A stretch of DNA of 64,000 nucleotides from Octopus sinensis (GCF_006345805.1 NC_043009.1:57040001-57104000); one strand, 5' to 3'; numbered from the stretch's first letter, positions 1-13,098 are shown. Translations and numbers: made by a program. The notes: generated from the letters alone by a model not told the origin.

Positions 1-439
1 AAAGGCACAAGGCCTAAAGTTTTGGGGAACGGGACTAGTTGATTACATTGATTGCAGTGTTTCACAAGTACTTAATTTATGGGCCCCGAAAGGATGACAG
101 GCAAAGTCGATCTCGGTGGAATTTGAACTCAGAATGTTAAGCTGGATGAAATAATGCTGCTAAGCATTTTGCCTGGTCTGCTAACAATTCTGCCAACTTG
201 CTGCCTTAATAATAATAATAATAATATAATAATAATAATAATGGTTTCAAATTTTTCCACAAGGGCAGCAATTTTGGGGGAGGGGATGAGTCAATTACAT
301 CGACTCCAGTGTTCAACTGGTACTTATTTTATCGACCCCAAAAGGATGAAAGGAAAAGTCAACCTTGGCGGAATCTGAACTCAGAACATACCACTAGGCA
401 TTTTGTCCAGCATGCTAACGATGCTGCCAGCTCGCCACC

Positions 440-475
<36 letters not shown>

Positions 476-1200
476 GTTTTGGAGATGAACTTGCCAGGCA
501 AGCAATTTTGAGCACAGACCACATGTTAAAAATAGACTGCAGTATGGAAGACATGTTAGTCATTCGAAAACACACAAGACTGAAACTGCTAACTTCACTT
601 AAGCATTTATTATTTATTATATGGTGTCAAAAGTTAAAATTTTTATTGCATGAATTGCGACCCTGATCCCTGACAAGGATACAATGCATCTCTTAAGGAT
701 AATGGTTTCAAATTTCACCACAAGACAGCAATTTTAGAGAGAGGAGAGTTAGTCAATATCATCAATGCCAGTACTTGACTGGTACTCTAGTTAACCCTGG
801 AGGGATGAAAGGCAAAGTTGGCATCATCAGGATTTGAACTCAGAACAAAAAAAAAGAATCAGATCAAAAGCCACAAAGCGTTTTTTCTGTTCCACGTAAA
901 AAGGCACTGTTGCTGGTGCCACATAAAAAGCACCCAGTACACACTGTAAAGTGGTTGCTGTTAGGAAGGGCATACAGCTGTAGAAACCATGCCAGAACAG
1001 ACAATGGAGCCTGGTGCAGCCCCCAGCTTTACGAGCTCCTGTCAAACATCTAACCCATGCCAGCATGGAAAAATGGACATAAATGATGATGATGACTAAT
1101 GGCTCTGCCAATCCTCTGCCCTCTATTGTTTCTGATTTAGAGACAAGGCCTGCAATTTCAAAGGGTAAGGGTTACTTGACAACATCAACCAGAGAGAACT

Positions 1201-1429
1201 AGGTGAGCTGGCAGAAATGTCAGCACGCCAGGCAAAATGCTTAGCAGTATTTCGTCTATCTTTATATTCTGAGTTCAAATTCCGCCGAGGTCAACTTTGC
1301 TTTTCATCCTTTTGGGGTCGATAAATTAAGTACCAGTTATGCACTGGGGTCGATGTAATCAACTTAATCCCTTTGTCTGTCCTTGTTTGTCCCCTCTATG
1401 TTTAGCCCCTTGTGGGCAATAAAAAAATA
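1201..1429 (+). mobile_element. SINE family A1
   Basis: Same head, body and tail on the plus strand; short flanking duplication agaacta(gg). Confidence 0.8.
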
Positions 1430-1641
1430 AGAACTAGGCTGGCACTTCATTGACATGAAAAGGAAAAAAGACAAAAGCTGGCTTCAGCAGGATTTGGACG
1501 AAGAATATAAAGAACCAGAACAAACATTGCAAGACATTTTGCCTGGCGCCTTAATTGAATCTGCCTATTTACCACAATTCATGTAATAATGATAATAATA
1601 TGCTTCATTAGCAAAACACGAGCAGAATAAAACATACATAC

Positions 1642-1838
1642 CCTTTTCATCGCTCCCAATTGAAGTATCTTTTGTGTCAACTATCTCTGGCTTCAACTCA
1701 CAGGTGGTAGTTTGTTCAGAGGAGCCCAAACCATTCGAAAAGGTTTCATCTGGCAAAAATGCAGGATTGTCTTCCTCCAAGAAACTGAAGTTCTTTAAAT
1801 ATACAGTTGTCTCTTCGGTACTCGTCCCGTCTGAGACG
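1642..1838 (-). CDS. Internal coding exon of an unidentified host gene (N-terminal acidic, Ser/Thr-rich region)
   Basis: Minus strand: acceptor ttgtttctttctttgtAG before 1838 and donor G|GTATGT after 1642; 197 nt, open frame (C)-VSDGTSTEETTVYLKNFSFLEEDNPAFLPDETFSNGLGSSEQTTTCELKPEIVDTKDTSIGSDEK-(G). Non-repetitive; phase matches the exon ending at 8772 (AG+C = Ser). Confidence 0.8.
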
Positions 1839-3498
1839 CTACAAAGAAAGAAACAAACAAAACAAACAACACATATCAGAATGCAGACATTCAGACATTT
1901 TGGTCAGCACCACCAAAACCAGCATCATTAAAACCATCATCATCAAAATCATCATTTAGTTTGTCTTCTATTTTGGGATCAATTGTACAGGTCGGAAATA
2001 CAAACACTGCTTTCTACTATAGACACAAGGCCTGAAATTCTGGGTGGGGATGGAGTGGGGCTAATCAATTAAATCAACCTCAGTGCTTGACGGGTACTTA
2101 TCTTATTGACCTTAGAAGGATGAAAGCCAAAGCTGACCTCAGTGGAATTTGAACTCAGAATGTAAAGACGGACAAAATGCCACTAAGCATTCTGCCTGGT
2201 GTGCTAACAATTCTGCCAGCTCGCCATCTTTTGACATACAAACATAGTACCAATTGTTTTCATGTTCTACCATCTTTGTGATGCCAAACATCCTGAGATG
2301 TAACCCTACTTATTCTTACAGCTATTTCATCTGTCTTTATGTTCTGAGTTCAAATTCTGCCTAGGTCGATTTTGCTTTCATCCTTTCAGGGTCGATAAAT
2401 TAAGTACCATTTGTGTACTTAATTTCAGGCCTTGTACCTAGAGTAGAAAAGATTATAGAAGTAGAGGCAGCTTTATGTGGATTGGTATGGAAAAGTTTAA
2501 GATAGTAATATTTGTCATGGTCAGTCATCTATGGACATTTGAACAATGTTTCACATTAAAATGCTTAAAGGAAAATATTTTTTTGCTGCACCTCCCCCTT
2601 TTTTTTTTTTTTTTCTTGGTTCAGTCCAGTAGACTTGCCATGCAGGGGCACTGTCTTGAAGAATTTTTAGTCAAACAAATTGGCCTCTGCACTTTTTTTA
2701 AAACCTGGTACTTATTTAATCAGTTTCTTTTGTAAAACTGCTAAATTACAAGGATGTAACCACACCAACACCAGAGTCAAACAGTGGTGGTGGTGGACAA
2801 ACAGACACAAAGAAATACACGTGTGTGTGTGTGTGTGTGTATTTATACACACACACAGAGGCTTCTTTCAGTTTCCATCTACCAAATCCACTCACAATGC
2901 TTTGGTCAGCCCAAGGTTATAGTAGAAGACACTTGCCTAAAGTGCCATGCAGTAGGACTGAACCTAGAACCATGTGGTTAAGGAAGCAAGCTCCTTACCA
3001 CACAGCCAAGGCGAAAAAAGGGGACAGGAAGCAGCAATAACTGAAAAAAAAATTTTGAAGAAATATCTTCTCTTAAATGTTTTAATGTGTAACAATGTTC
3101 AAACATACCTGTCTATGCCCCAGCACTCAATCTGTCCCTGTTGAGTCTCTCCTCTATAAACTCATTTTCATAACACTCAACCCTCCATCATTCTTCTGAC
3201 TACAACACTATTTGCTCAGATGCTGTAATCATAAATGCTCAACTGCACATATTTCATCCATCTCCCTATATTGTGCTACCAATTACCTCTTTCCAGTTAT
3301 GCCCTAGGTCAGCCCCGATACAGAAAGCCTACAATTAAGCATTCCAGCAATGACCATCCCAATTTATATTTATAAATAGTTGTCCCGCCTTTCAGTGTAT
3401 ATACACGCAAGATATTTGCATCCCAGAGTCACTTAGGATCAGTAAGTATGGTAAGATTAGGCTTTGCTGATGACATTTAATAAGACTGAAACATACCT

Positions 3499-3730
3499 AT
3501 TTCTTTACTACCCACAAGGGGCTAAATACAGAGAGGACAAACAAGGACAGACAAATGGATTAAGTCGATTATATCGACCCCAGTGCGTAACTGGTACTTA
3601 GTTAATCAACCCCGAAAGGATGAAAGGCAAAGTCAACCTCGGTGGAATTTGAACTCAGAACGTAGCAGCAGACGAAATACCGCTAGGCCTTTCGTCCAGC
3701 GTGCTAGCAATTCTGCCAGCTCGCCGCCTT
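3499..3730 (-). mobile_element. tRNA-derived SINE family A, Tx1-like tail (A1), full length with TSD
   Basis: Head ggcggcgagctggcagaa...gagttcaaattcc (pol III A/B-box like); tail tttagccccttgtgggtagtaaagaaata; 13-bp TSD ctgaaacatacct at 3486-3498 and 3731-3743. Confidence 0.85.
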
Positions 3731-4485
3731 CTGAAACATACCTTCAGTTATTTTACTTATCATATGTGTGTTCCACCTGTGTGTGGTAGTGTTTTAAACA
3801 TTGTATACATTTATTATTATTTAAACTTAATATTTATTAACATCATTAGTTTTGTTTAATCAGATTTTGTATTTTGCTTGGAAACACTCATGTACACATA
3901 CACATACGCACACAAAGTTTGGGTAAAGAAGAATCTCTTCTACAAGAGATTCAAGTAAAAGGATCCTGCAGAAGAAAATCAGTGAAGACAACGTGAACAG
4001 AAGCAGTGAAAGCTAATCTCAAGATGCTGAGCTGTGCAAAAGAAATGATAAGTTTAATGTGGCACATAGAGAGAGACTGTGCTGGAGAAAACCCATCCAG
4101 CCAGCCAGCACAAACATAGGAAAACAAACACAAAATAATGACAAAGATACACACACAAAACTCATTAAAAAGTTTCGTACAATGAAAGCACTGTTCATTT
4201 CTGTAATCAGTAACATTCACCTTCTTTTTTTTATATATAGTTATGCTTGACATTGAAACTGAAGTTTATATGTAAAAGTATTTTAATGAAGTCAGTCAAG
4301 CTGCTGGTCAAATCTAAATTTACCAACCAGCCATCATAATCATTATTAACATCTGTTTTCCATAATGACATGATGTGGACAAGGAAAAAAAAAATTTGTG
4401 CTTATTGAGCGATCATTCAATAACACATGAGGAAACCATGACTATCTCCGGTGGCATTTGAACTCTGAGTGCTGAACCAAATACC

Positions 4486-4717
4486 TATTTCTTTACTGCC
4501 CACAAGGGGCTAAACACAGAGGGGACAAACAAGGGCAGACAAATGGATTAAGTCGATTATATCGACCCCAGTGCGTAACTGGTACTTATTTAATCGACCC
4601 CGAAAGGATGAAAGGCAAAGTCGACCTCGACGGAATTTGAACTCAGAACTTAGCGGCAGACAAAATACCGTTAAGCATTTCGCCTAGCGTGCTAACGTTT
4701 CTGCCAGCTCACCGTCA
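4486..4717 (-). mobile_element. SINE family A1, full length with TSD
   Basis: Same sequence as 3499-3730; 16-bp TSD tgctgaaccaaatacc at 4470-4485 and 4718-4733. Confidence 0.85.
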
Positions 4718-6464
4718 TGCTGAACCAAATACCACAGAGAACTTTATCCTACGCAGTAACAACTCCACCAATTCGCCATTTCTCATTCTATTTGTAATAG
4801 TGTAATCCCTTTCCTCTCTGATTCTGCATTTTATTATTTCAGCTAAATTTATATTCTTTATGTGGAGGTGTGTGTGGCTTAGGGTGTCAGCATCATGATC
4901 GTAAGATTGTGGTTTCAATTCCTGGACCGGGAGACGCATTGTGTTCTTGAGCAAAACACTTCATTTTACATTGTTCCAGTCCACTCAGCTGGCAAAAATG
5001 AGCAACGCTGCGATGGACTGGCGTCCCATCCAGCTGAGGAACACATACGCCATTGAAACCGGGAAAACCGGGCCCATGAGCCTGGCTAGGCTTTAAAAGG
5101 GCACATTTATTTAAAAAATTTTTTATATTCTTCATATATTAATGTTCTGGAGCGTTTTGGATGCTGTTGTAGTAATATTCTGGAGTGTTTTAATTGTGTC
5201 TGATGGGGGTAACCGTTCAAGTGGTAATGAAAATTAGAGTTTGCTGTGGTATCAAACAGCACATTTGCATGTTTAGATGGTCCTTCATTATAAGTGATTT
5301 TGGTCTGCTGTGTAGCTGGTCTGTGGGCATGATCTGTCATAACCTGTATTGATGTGATGTATGTTACTTGTGCAGAGGTCAGGCGCCAAAACATGAGTGG
5401 CAGGTTCAATAATGTATCTTATCTATATTGTTTGTATGAGACTGTTGATGCTTTGTTGTGGTTGTCAAGTGTGGTATTCCAAAATATTCTAAATAAGTAC
5501 ATATATTTATATTTTTTTCTCTATTGTGTATTTTGAATGTGTCTTGAAGTATATGAAGATGATGTATGTAACTTGTAGTATTTTTTTGTTCTATATTTAA
5601 AGGTATATTTGTCTTTCAGCATAATGGCAGGTTGTAGTTGTGGTGGGAAGTGGTTGGCCTGTGGTGTCATTAAGTCTATGGTTGTGCAACCACATTTATA
5701 AGTGTGTGGTTGGAGAAATTGGGCAGGTGTGGCTGTGTGGTAAGAAGTTTGCTTTCCAACCATATGGTTCCAGGTTCAGTCTCACTACAAGGCACCTTGG
5801 GCGAGTGTCCTCTACTACAGCCGCAAGGCAACCAAAACCTTGTGAGTGGAATGCACGTGTTTGTGCATCTGTGCATGCATCTGTGCGTGCATGTCTGTGT
5901 CTGTCTGTGTGTGTGCATGTCTGTGTCTGTGTGCGTGTCTGTCTGCTTGTGTGTGCATGTCTGTCTGTCTGCGTGCGTGCGTGTGTGTGCATGCATGTCT
6001 GCATGCATGCCTGTGCACGCATGCGTGTCTGTGTGTGCTTGCCTGTACGCGGGTGCGTGTACATGCGTGCATACATGTGTGTCTGTGCACATACGTGCTT
6101 GTGCACCTGCGTGCATGTCTGTGTGCGCTTGTGCGTCTGTGCATGCATCACTGTGCACGTATGTGTGTCTCTCTGTGTCCATGTGTTTCTGTGTGTATGT
6201 GTGTCTGACTGTCTGTCCACACCATCACTTGACAGCTGTTGCTGGTGTGTTTACACCCCCGTAACTTAGCAGTTCAGCAAAAGAAACTGATAGAATAAGT
6301 AACAGGCTTAAAAAAAATTTTTTTTTAAATACTGGGGTTGATTCATTTGACTAAAACTACATCAAGGTGGTGCCCCAAGATGGCCACAATCTACTTACCG
6401 AAAACAAGTACAAGAGAGAAGAAAAAATTGTGCCTAGAGAATCAAGGGAGGAAATAACTGTAAT

Positions 6465-6600
6465 GAATATCATTTGCATATCAAGCCTGTGAATGTTTGA
6501 AGAAGTATGGGAAGGTCCAGTTGGTAGAGTTTAAAGAGAGTGAGAAGACAGATCCTTGCAGTACACCATTTGATAAATTACTTATTCTAGAGTTATTGTT
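6465..6600 (-). pseudogene. Short decayed non-LTR reverse transcriptase fragment
   Basis: NGVLQGSVFS resembles the RT motif (N)GVPQGSxLSP and is followed by TATGCAAATGATATT = YANDI (YADD-like). Confidence 0.45.
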
Positions 6601-8771
6601 ACTTGCGTGCCAGTGGCACGTGAAAAAACATTCAAGCGAGGTCATTGCCAGTACTGCCTGACTGGCCCTCGTGCCAGTGGCACATAAAAGCATTCACTAC
6701 ACTCTTGGAGTGGTTGGCATTAGGAAGGGCATCCAGCTGTAGAAACTCTGCCAGATCAGATTGGAGCCTGGTGCAGCCATCTGCTTTGCCAGTCCTCAGT
6801 CAAATCGTCTCACCCATGCTAGCATGGAAAGCGGACATTAAAGGATGATGATGATGATAAGCCTGGTGATCGGAGAGATGTGGTTGGCATTGCTAGATAA
6901 AGCAAAAAGCAATATGTTTAATCAAGACCACTGAGGTCGACTTTGTCTTTCATCCTTTTGGGGTTGATAAATTAACCACCAGTTGTCTACTAGGGTTGAT
7001 CTAATCAACAGGTTCCCTCCCAGAAAATTTCGGGCCCTGTGCCTAGAGTAGAAAAGAGTATGATTAATCAAGGATTTCTTACAGAGCAAGAGATTTATAT
7101 TATCAACTTTTCTGTTCCCATATTTCTGTTGAAATACACTGGCCTTTGTTTCAATCAATTTTGGAAATATTCTTTAATTCATTTTTCTTTTAGCTGTTTC
7201 AGTCATTTGACTGTGGTCATGCTGGAGCACCACCTTGAAGGGGGTTTAGTCAAACAAACCAACACCCAGTACTTATTTTTTGACCAACATAAACACACAA
7301 GAACCAGTTGTCAAGCAGTGATGGGGGGTACAAACACAAAGACACAAACACAAATTTGGAGTAGACAAAACAAGGGACAACTGATGAAGGGGAACGTTCT
7401 TTATGTTGCATGTTTCATTTCTGTTTGCTTTTTTCATTGTTCAAAAAAAAAGTTTGTTTTCTTTGTTTCTGTTTTTTATGTTTTCATTTCTCATTTTGTC
7501 TACATTTTTATGATGTCCTGTACCCATATATACATGTATATATACATAAATATGTAGGTATGTACGTATATGTATGTATATATGCATATATTTATATATT
7601 ATTTATATTATTATACGATCGAATGCCACTTATCCTTTTCCAAGAAAGTTTTATCATAATAATTAAGATGCACACTCTTATTCTATCTCTTTTCTTTCTA
7701 TCTTACTCTCTTGTTGTTCTTCCTTTCTGTTTTTCTCTCCTACCCTTTCCCTATTCTTCTCCTCTCCCCTTCACCATTCCTTCTCTCTCACTCTTCCTCC
7801 TTGACTCTCTCATTGCTCACACATGACCAACAGCCATCCACCTTCCTTTCTTCCACTTCCTTCCTAAAGACAAGACATGCTTTTATCCGTCTCTTCTCAA
7901 AGCTCATTTTTCCAGCGTTCACCACTTCTCATCGTCTTGGCTTAACAGCTGTCATCGTTTGTTTTTACTGTTTTGTTCTCACTGTCCTGTTTTTGTTACC
8001 ACTTTAACCCTCTGCAAAAAAATCCAAAATTTTATTTAATTTGCTTTACGGGTAGGACTGTTTTAACAAAGTCATGTCTTGTCCTTACCTTCAAAATGTG
8101 GAGTAGATAAAACAGGGGACAACTGATGAAGGGATTGTTTTTTATGTTGCATGTCTCATTTCTCTGTTTGTTTTTTCATTGTTCAAAAAAAGTTTGTTTT
8201 CCAAGTTTTGTGTCTTTGTTCTCTTTTCTCATTTTGTCAACGTTTTTTGATGTCCTGTACCCATATATGCATGTATATATACATATATATGTAACTATGT
8301 ACATATATGTATGTATATATGCATATATTTATATATTATTTATATCATTATATGATCGAATGCCACACATCCTTTTCCAAGTAAGTTTTACATACATACA
8401 TACATACATACTTACATACATACACACACACTTCTTTCAGTTTCCCTCAACCAAATCCACTCACAAGGTTTTGGTTAGCCCAAGGTTATAGTAGAAGACA
8501 CTTGCCCAAGGTGCCATGCAGTGGGACTGAACCAAGAACAATGTGGTTAGGAAGCAAACTTCTTACCACACAGCCACGCCTGCATTAGTAAAAATAATTA
8601 TGTCATTATTAAACTTATGCTTTGAGCATAAATTAACATGAAATTTTAATGAAAAGTTTTAATTTGGATCACATTAAACAGGAAGTTTGTATCATAGAAC
8701 CAAGGGCAGCCTCAGGTGGGTAGGTATCAAAAGGATTAAGGATAAGAATAAAGATTAAAAGATAAGCTTAC

Positions 8772-8806
8772 CTTGGCTTCCAGCCATTTTTGTCTTTCCC
8801 ACTCAT
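8772..8806 (-). CDS. Start-codon part of exon 8772-8924 of the same host gene (MSGKDKNGWKP-S)
   Basis: Exon bounded by acceptor tttatttatttttcAG (before 8924) and donor AAG|GTAAGC (after 8772). All three frames from the acceptor hit stops, so the 5' part is UTR. ATG at 8806 in AAAATG context opens 11 codons + 2 nt that splice in frame to 1838. Confidence 0.7.
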
Positions 8807-8950
8807 TTTTACAGAAACAAATGATGCAAACAGTCGAGATCTTTATTCAGATAAACTAAAGAAAAAGGTTGTAGTTGCCAAAACTATATCTGATGAAAGA
8901 CAGGTCAAAATTTTCTGTACACTTCTGAAAAATAAATAAAATTTTATATT

Positions 8951-9352
8951 ATACTAGCAGTATCGCCCGGCGTTGCTCGGGTTTGTAAGGGAAATAACTA
9001 TATAAGCATTTTTAGAGACGTAAAGTATAATAGCCATCTCAATATGGCTAACCACAAAGGGGGGGGGGTTACCGTAGCTTTTTACGTTCTGAGATTTAAT
9101 AATAAATTTTTAGAGAGTTACTTCCCTTATATATGCCAAAAATGCATTAAAAAATGGGAAAAATTGATGGTAAATTTTTTTTTAAATCGTAGACTCATCG
9201 TAGACGCGCGCTAATACCCAGAAGGGCTCGATATGAATCACGACTATAAGATACCCGGTTTTGGTTAAACTGCACCGCAAAATGTGGGAGTAGTTAGGAA
9301 TCTAAATCGTAGGAGACAGACAGCACACAACCTCTCTTTTATATATAAAGAT
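8951..9352 (+). mobile_element. Non-autonomous Helitron/Helentron-type element (Lep1/HINE-like)
   Basis: Begins atactagcagtatcgCCCGGcgttgCTCGGG (subterminal hairpin) and ends gacagacagcacacaacctctcttttatatataaagat; no coding capacity and no TSD seen. Confidence 0.6.
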
Positions 9353-9445
9353 ATGTATGGAGTCACCATTACCATTATTAGTATTATTATTATCTCCCTT
9401 TCATTCAACCTCTTTTTCCAGTCACCAATGGATACAGTTTAATAC

Positions 9446-9478
<33 letters not shown>

Positions 9479-11014
9479 ACACCATAGTCATCTCATAAAA
9501 TTTAGAATGACTTGGTAGCCTATACCATAATTTCATTGATTGTTTAATCTGTTAGCATTTAAACTGGCCGTATCAGGCCCAAATATTCTGTTTTAGGTTC
9601 AAGCTGGATACATCTGGTCATTCACTCCTACTCTCCAATGTCATTCTAAAAATATAGTCACATCACTGAAATCTCAAAGCTACAAGATAATGTATGAGGA
9701 ATTCAAAACAATGCGAATAAAATAAGGATTACATTTGACACAGAATAATATCAATGCTAAAAGGTTTATAACTGACCATATTTGGCCCATATATTCTACC
9801 TGCTTAATTTTCAAAATGGCTACATCCAGCCTTTCACACTTACCCAACAATGTCATTCTAAGCATAAATGATCATATCAATATCTCAATGCTACAAGATA
9901 ATGCATGGTTAATTCAGAAATGATGTGAATAAATAAGTATTACATTTGACAAAGTAATGTAAATGCTAAAAGGTTAAGGTGCCTGTGTAACCAAAAGCAG
10001 GCATAAGCATCCTCTCGGTCATCCCATACCTGATCCAGCTGGACATTCAACACGATCAAACACAAAGATCACATATCTTAGGTAAACAGAGAAGTGAATT
10101 GATGTGATATTCATATCGTTTCCAAGGACATTAGTGATGCAAATTTTGAAAAGAAAATAGCTCCATTCAGAGATTGAAACCTCTTCTCATGATCAGCTTA
10201 CCACTTGATCTATAAATAACACAGCAAATGGTAAGTGATACATCCAATACAAGTGTATCAATGACACTAAAAATTAAAATTAAATTCCATCTCATCTGGA
10301 GGTCAGAGAGGACTACAATGGTCGTTGTTGTCTTGTTGCTTCAAACTATAATCAACAACATATCACCTATGCAAACAACAATCAATGTATTGTAGAAATT
10401 GAATATCAGAGTGACAGAATGAACAACTCACATCATTTTCAGTGGGTAACTATAATGAAGATCTTCATGAAGAAACTAAACAATACACCAGGATAGTAGT
10501 TGTGATACCTGTGCCGGTGGTATGTAAAATACACCATCTGTACGTGGCCGATGCCAGCACCGCCTTGACTGGCTTCCGTACCAGTGGCACATAAAAAGCA
10601 CCATCTGTACGTGGCCGATGCCAGCGCTGCCTTGACTGGCTTCCGTGCCGGTGGCACATAAAAAGCACCAACCAATTGTGGCCATTGCCAGCCTTCCCTG
10701 GCACCTGTGCCAGTGGCACGTAAAAAGCACCTACTACACTCACGGAGTGGTTGGCGTTAGGAAGGACATCGAGCTGTAGAAACACTGCCAGATCAGACTG
10801 GAGCCTAATGCAGCCTCCTGGCTTTCCAGTCTCCGGTCGAACCGTCTAACCCATGCTAGCATGGAAAACGGACGTATGATGATGATGATGATTGAGGAAG
10901 TTGAGCACAAGACCAATAATGACAATGGTGACTCTTTACAGATTTCAACAACAAATGGTCTATCTGTCTCTTTGATCAATGGAACTATCAATAGAGTAAG
11001 TGGCTGAGTATTCC

Positions 11015-11234
11015 TTAAAATTTTTAGCATTCAGATTTCTCTGCCAAATGCAATGCTTATGCATTCACATTGCTTTGAATTAATCATGCATTTTCTCATA
11101 GCTTTGGGATTGCAATGGTGTGACTGTTTATTTTAAGGATTACATTGTAAGGCAGGTGTGAGAGGCAATACCTTGCCACAAAATGGGTAGAATATTTGAG
11201 ATGGATATGGTTGGTTTAAATGCTAAAGGGTTAA
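11015..11234. mobile_element. TTAA-flanked MITE (piggyBac-like) family 1
   Basis: Ends ...tttagcattcag / aaatgctaaagggTTAA. Related copies at ~9547-9768 and 9770-9976 (tandem pair), 45850-46070 and 50730-50925. Confidence 0.6.
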
Positions 11235-12890
11235 ATCAGTGGTTCTTGACCATTTTCTTGTACCCCCCACCTCTTACCTTAAGTAGTTGCTGTGCCTTGC
11301 ACCCACCTAAGTGACGAATGAGGTATCACAACTTAACTAACTTAACATGGATGATAATTTATAAACTTTACTCTAGAAATGGATTCTATAAACTTTTAAC
11401 AGTGAAATGATAAAAAAAATTTATTCTTTTATTTATTTCAGTCATTTGACTGCGGCCATGCTGGAGCACTGCCTTTAGTCGAACAAATCAATCCTAGGAC
11501 TTATTCTATCGATCTCTTTTGCCAAACCACCAAGTTAGAGGGACGCGGACACACCAACATTGGTTATCAAGCAATGGTGGGCAGGGGGAAGACACACACA
11601 CACACATGATGGGCTTCTTTCAATTTCCGTCTACCAAATCCACTCACAAGGCTTTGGTCAACCTGAGGCTATAGTAGAAGACACTTGCCAAAGGTGCCAT
11701 GCAGTGGGACTGAACCTGAAACCATGTGGTTAGCAAGCAAGCTACTTTATTTCAAAAATTTTGCCATAAAGGCATGACACAGAGTAGCTTGCGGGCTGGA
11801 CAAATACATTGATGAGGTGAATGATGAAAAGGACGATATTAATGGGAGAAGACAAAAACACCCGCCAGTCCTTTGCTTCTCTAAAACATTATTCTCTTCT
11901 TTTTTTCAAAGAAAAAGACAAAACGAGGTAATGAACCTCTTACTTCAGTTTTACAATTATTGGACAGTGAAGATGTCATTGTGACATCTGTGGTTTTACA
12001 GCAAGGGTGTCACTGTGACAGTTGTAACATCATAGCAAGTGTCTCATTGTGACAGCTGTGACATAATGAATATGTCATCGTGACTGCTGTGGTGTCACAG
12101 TAAGGGTGTCATGACAGTCAGTGTGTCATTGAGACAGTTATGACATCACAGAGAGAGAGAGAGAGAGAGAGATAATATTGCAGCTGGGATGCATTAATGA
12201 GGGTGTCAACAGTGACGCCAGTATGTCACTATTTGGGCTTTGTCAGTAGTGTGCACCCATGCCAATCACATGCTAAGACAAAATCTATGACTACTGGTAT
12301 AGAAAAACAGTGACTGAGAAATCACTAGTGTTGCAATTTGCCACCGAAATACACAAAAATGTGCATCTGTCATTCTCTCCAATGCTGCTGGACAATTTTT
12401 GTCAGTTGCTGATGTATTTGTGTTTTAAATAAAGCGACATCCATAAGAAATATTATCTTCAGATGAATACCACATTTAATTTGTCTTCAGCAATGTATTT
12501 GCATTCTGTATGATGCACAGATAGTTATTTTAATCTAATACCAGTTTTGTTGCACATAAAGGATTTTATTCAGCCAGACAGCTAATTTCAAAATCAGTGA
12601 TTGAAAAATCATTGTTTTCCTATATCAGTAGTAATGGATTTTTTTCTTGGCATGTAGTTGACAGTGTGCACATGTTACAGAAAAATACCTAAAGAGGCAG
12701 AAATGTGCATCTAACATTCTCACACTGTTGTTGGATGATTTTTGTCAACTACTGATATGTTTGTTTTTAACCACAGTAAGTTTATAAGGGATATTATTTT
12801 CAGGTGAACAGCACAAGTACTTCGCTTTTTGTAATGTGTGAAGACACATAGGCTAGTGGTTAGGGTATTCAGCTCTCAATCGTATGGTCA

Positions 12891-13098
12891 GCCGTTCAAG
12901 AATTTGGACCTGGAGATCTCCATTTCCAGCAACATCGAGGGCCACCTTCCAGTGGTGTCGGGCGTCAACGTAGAGCCCTCGACTACAACAAGAAGACCAA
13001 AGTTGTTTTTTTTGTTTCCAAAGTCTGTGGTCTCCTGCCCCTAAGCCCTAGACCATCACCTAATCACCCTTACCCGTCTTGTTGCTTAACAACAACAA
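12891..13098 (+). mobile_element. 5'-truncated retroposon 3' end with (AAC)n tail, inserted into a tRNA-like SINE head
   Basis: 14-bp TSD caatcgtatggtca at 12877-12890 and 13099-13112; host reads ggctagtggttagggtattc...[insert]...tgagttcaattcctggc. Confidence 0.75.

Noticed and set aside
3467-3495. Hammerhead candidate CTGATGA...GAAAC
   Set aside because: No stem II pairing, no NUH triplet or stem I; the GAAAC belongs to a SINE TSD.
3930-4253. Coding exon in unique-looking sequence (ORFs 3951-4253, 4059-4250)
   Set aside because: No convincing acceptor/donor pair or recognisable motif; the 8772 and 1838 exons already join in phase without it.
5640-6269. 209-aa Cys/Val-rich ORF and overlapping His/Thr-rich ORFs
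   Set aside because: Expanded (TG/CA)-type simple repeat in the middle of a family B SINE.
12845-12890. tRNA gene (and similar tRNA-like heads at ~4865-4930, 29855-29930 and 38905-38970)
   Set aside because: SINE heads: A/B boxes are present but I could not fold a complete cloverleaf, and they continue into SINE bodies.
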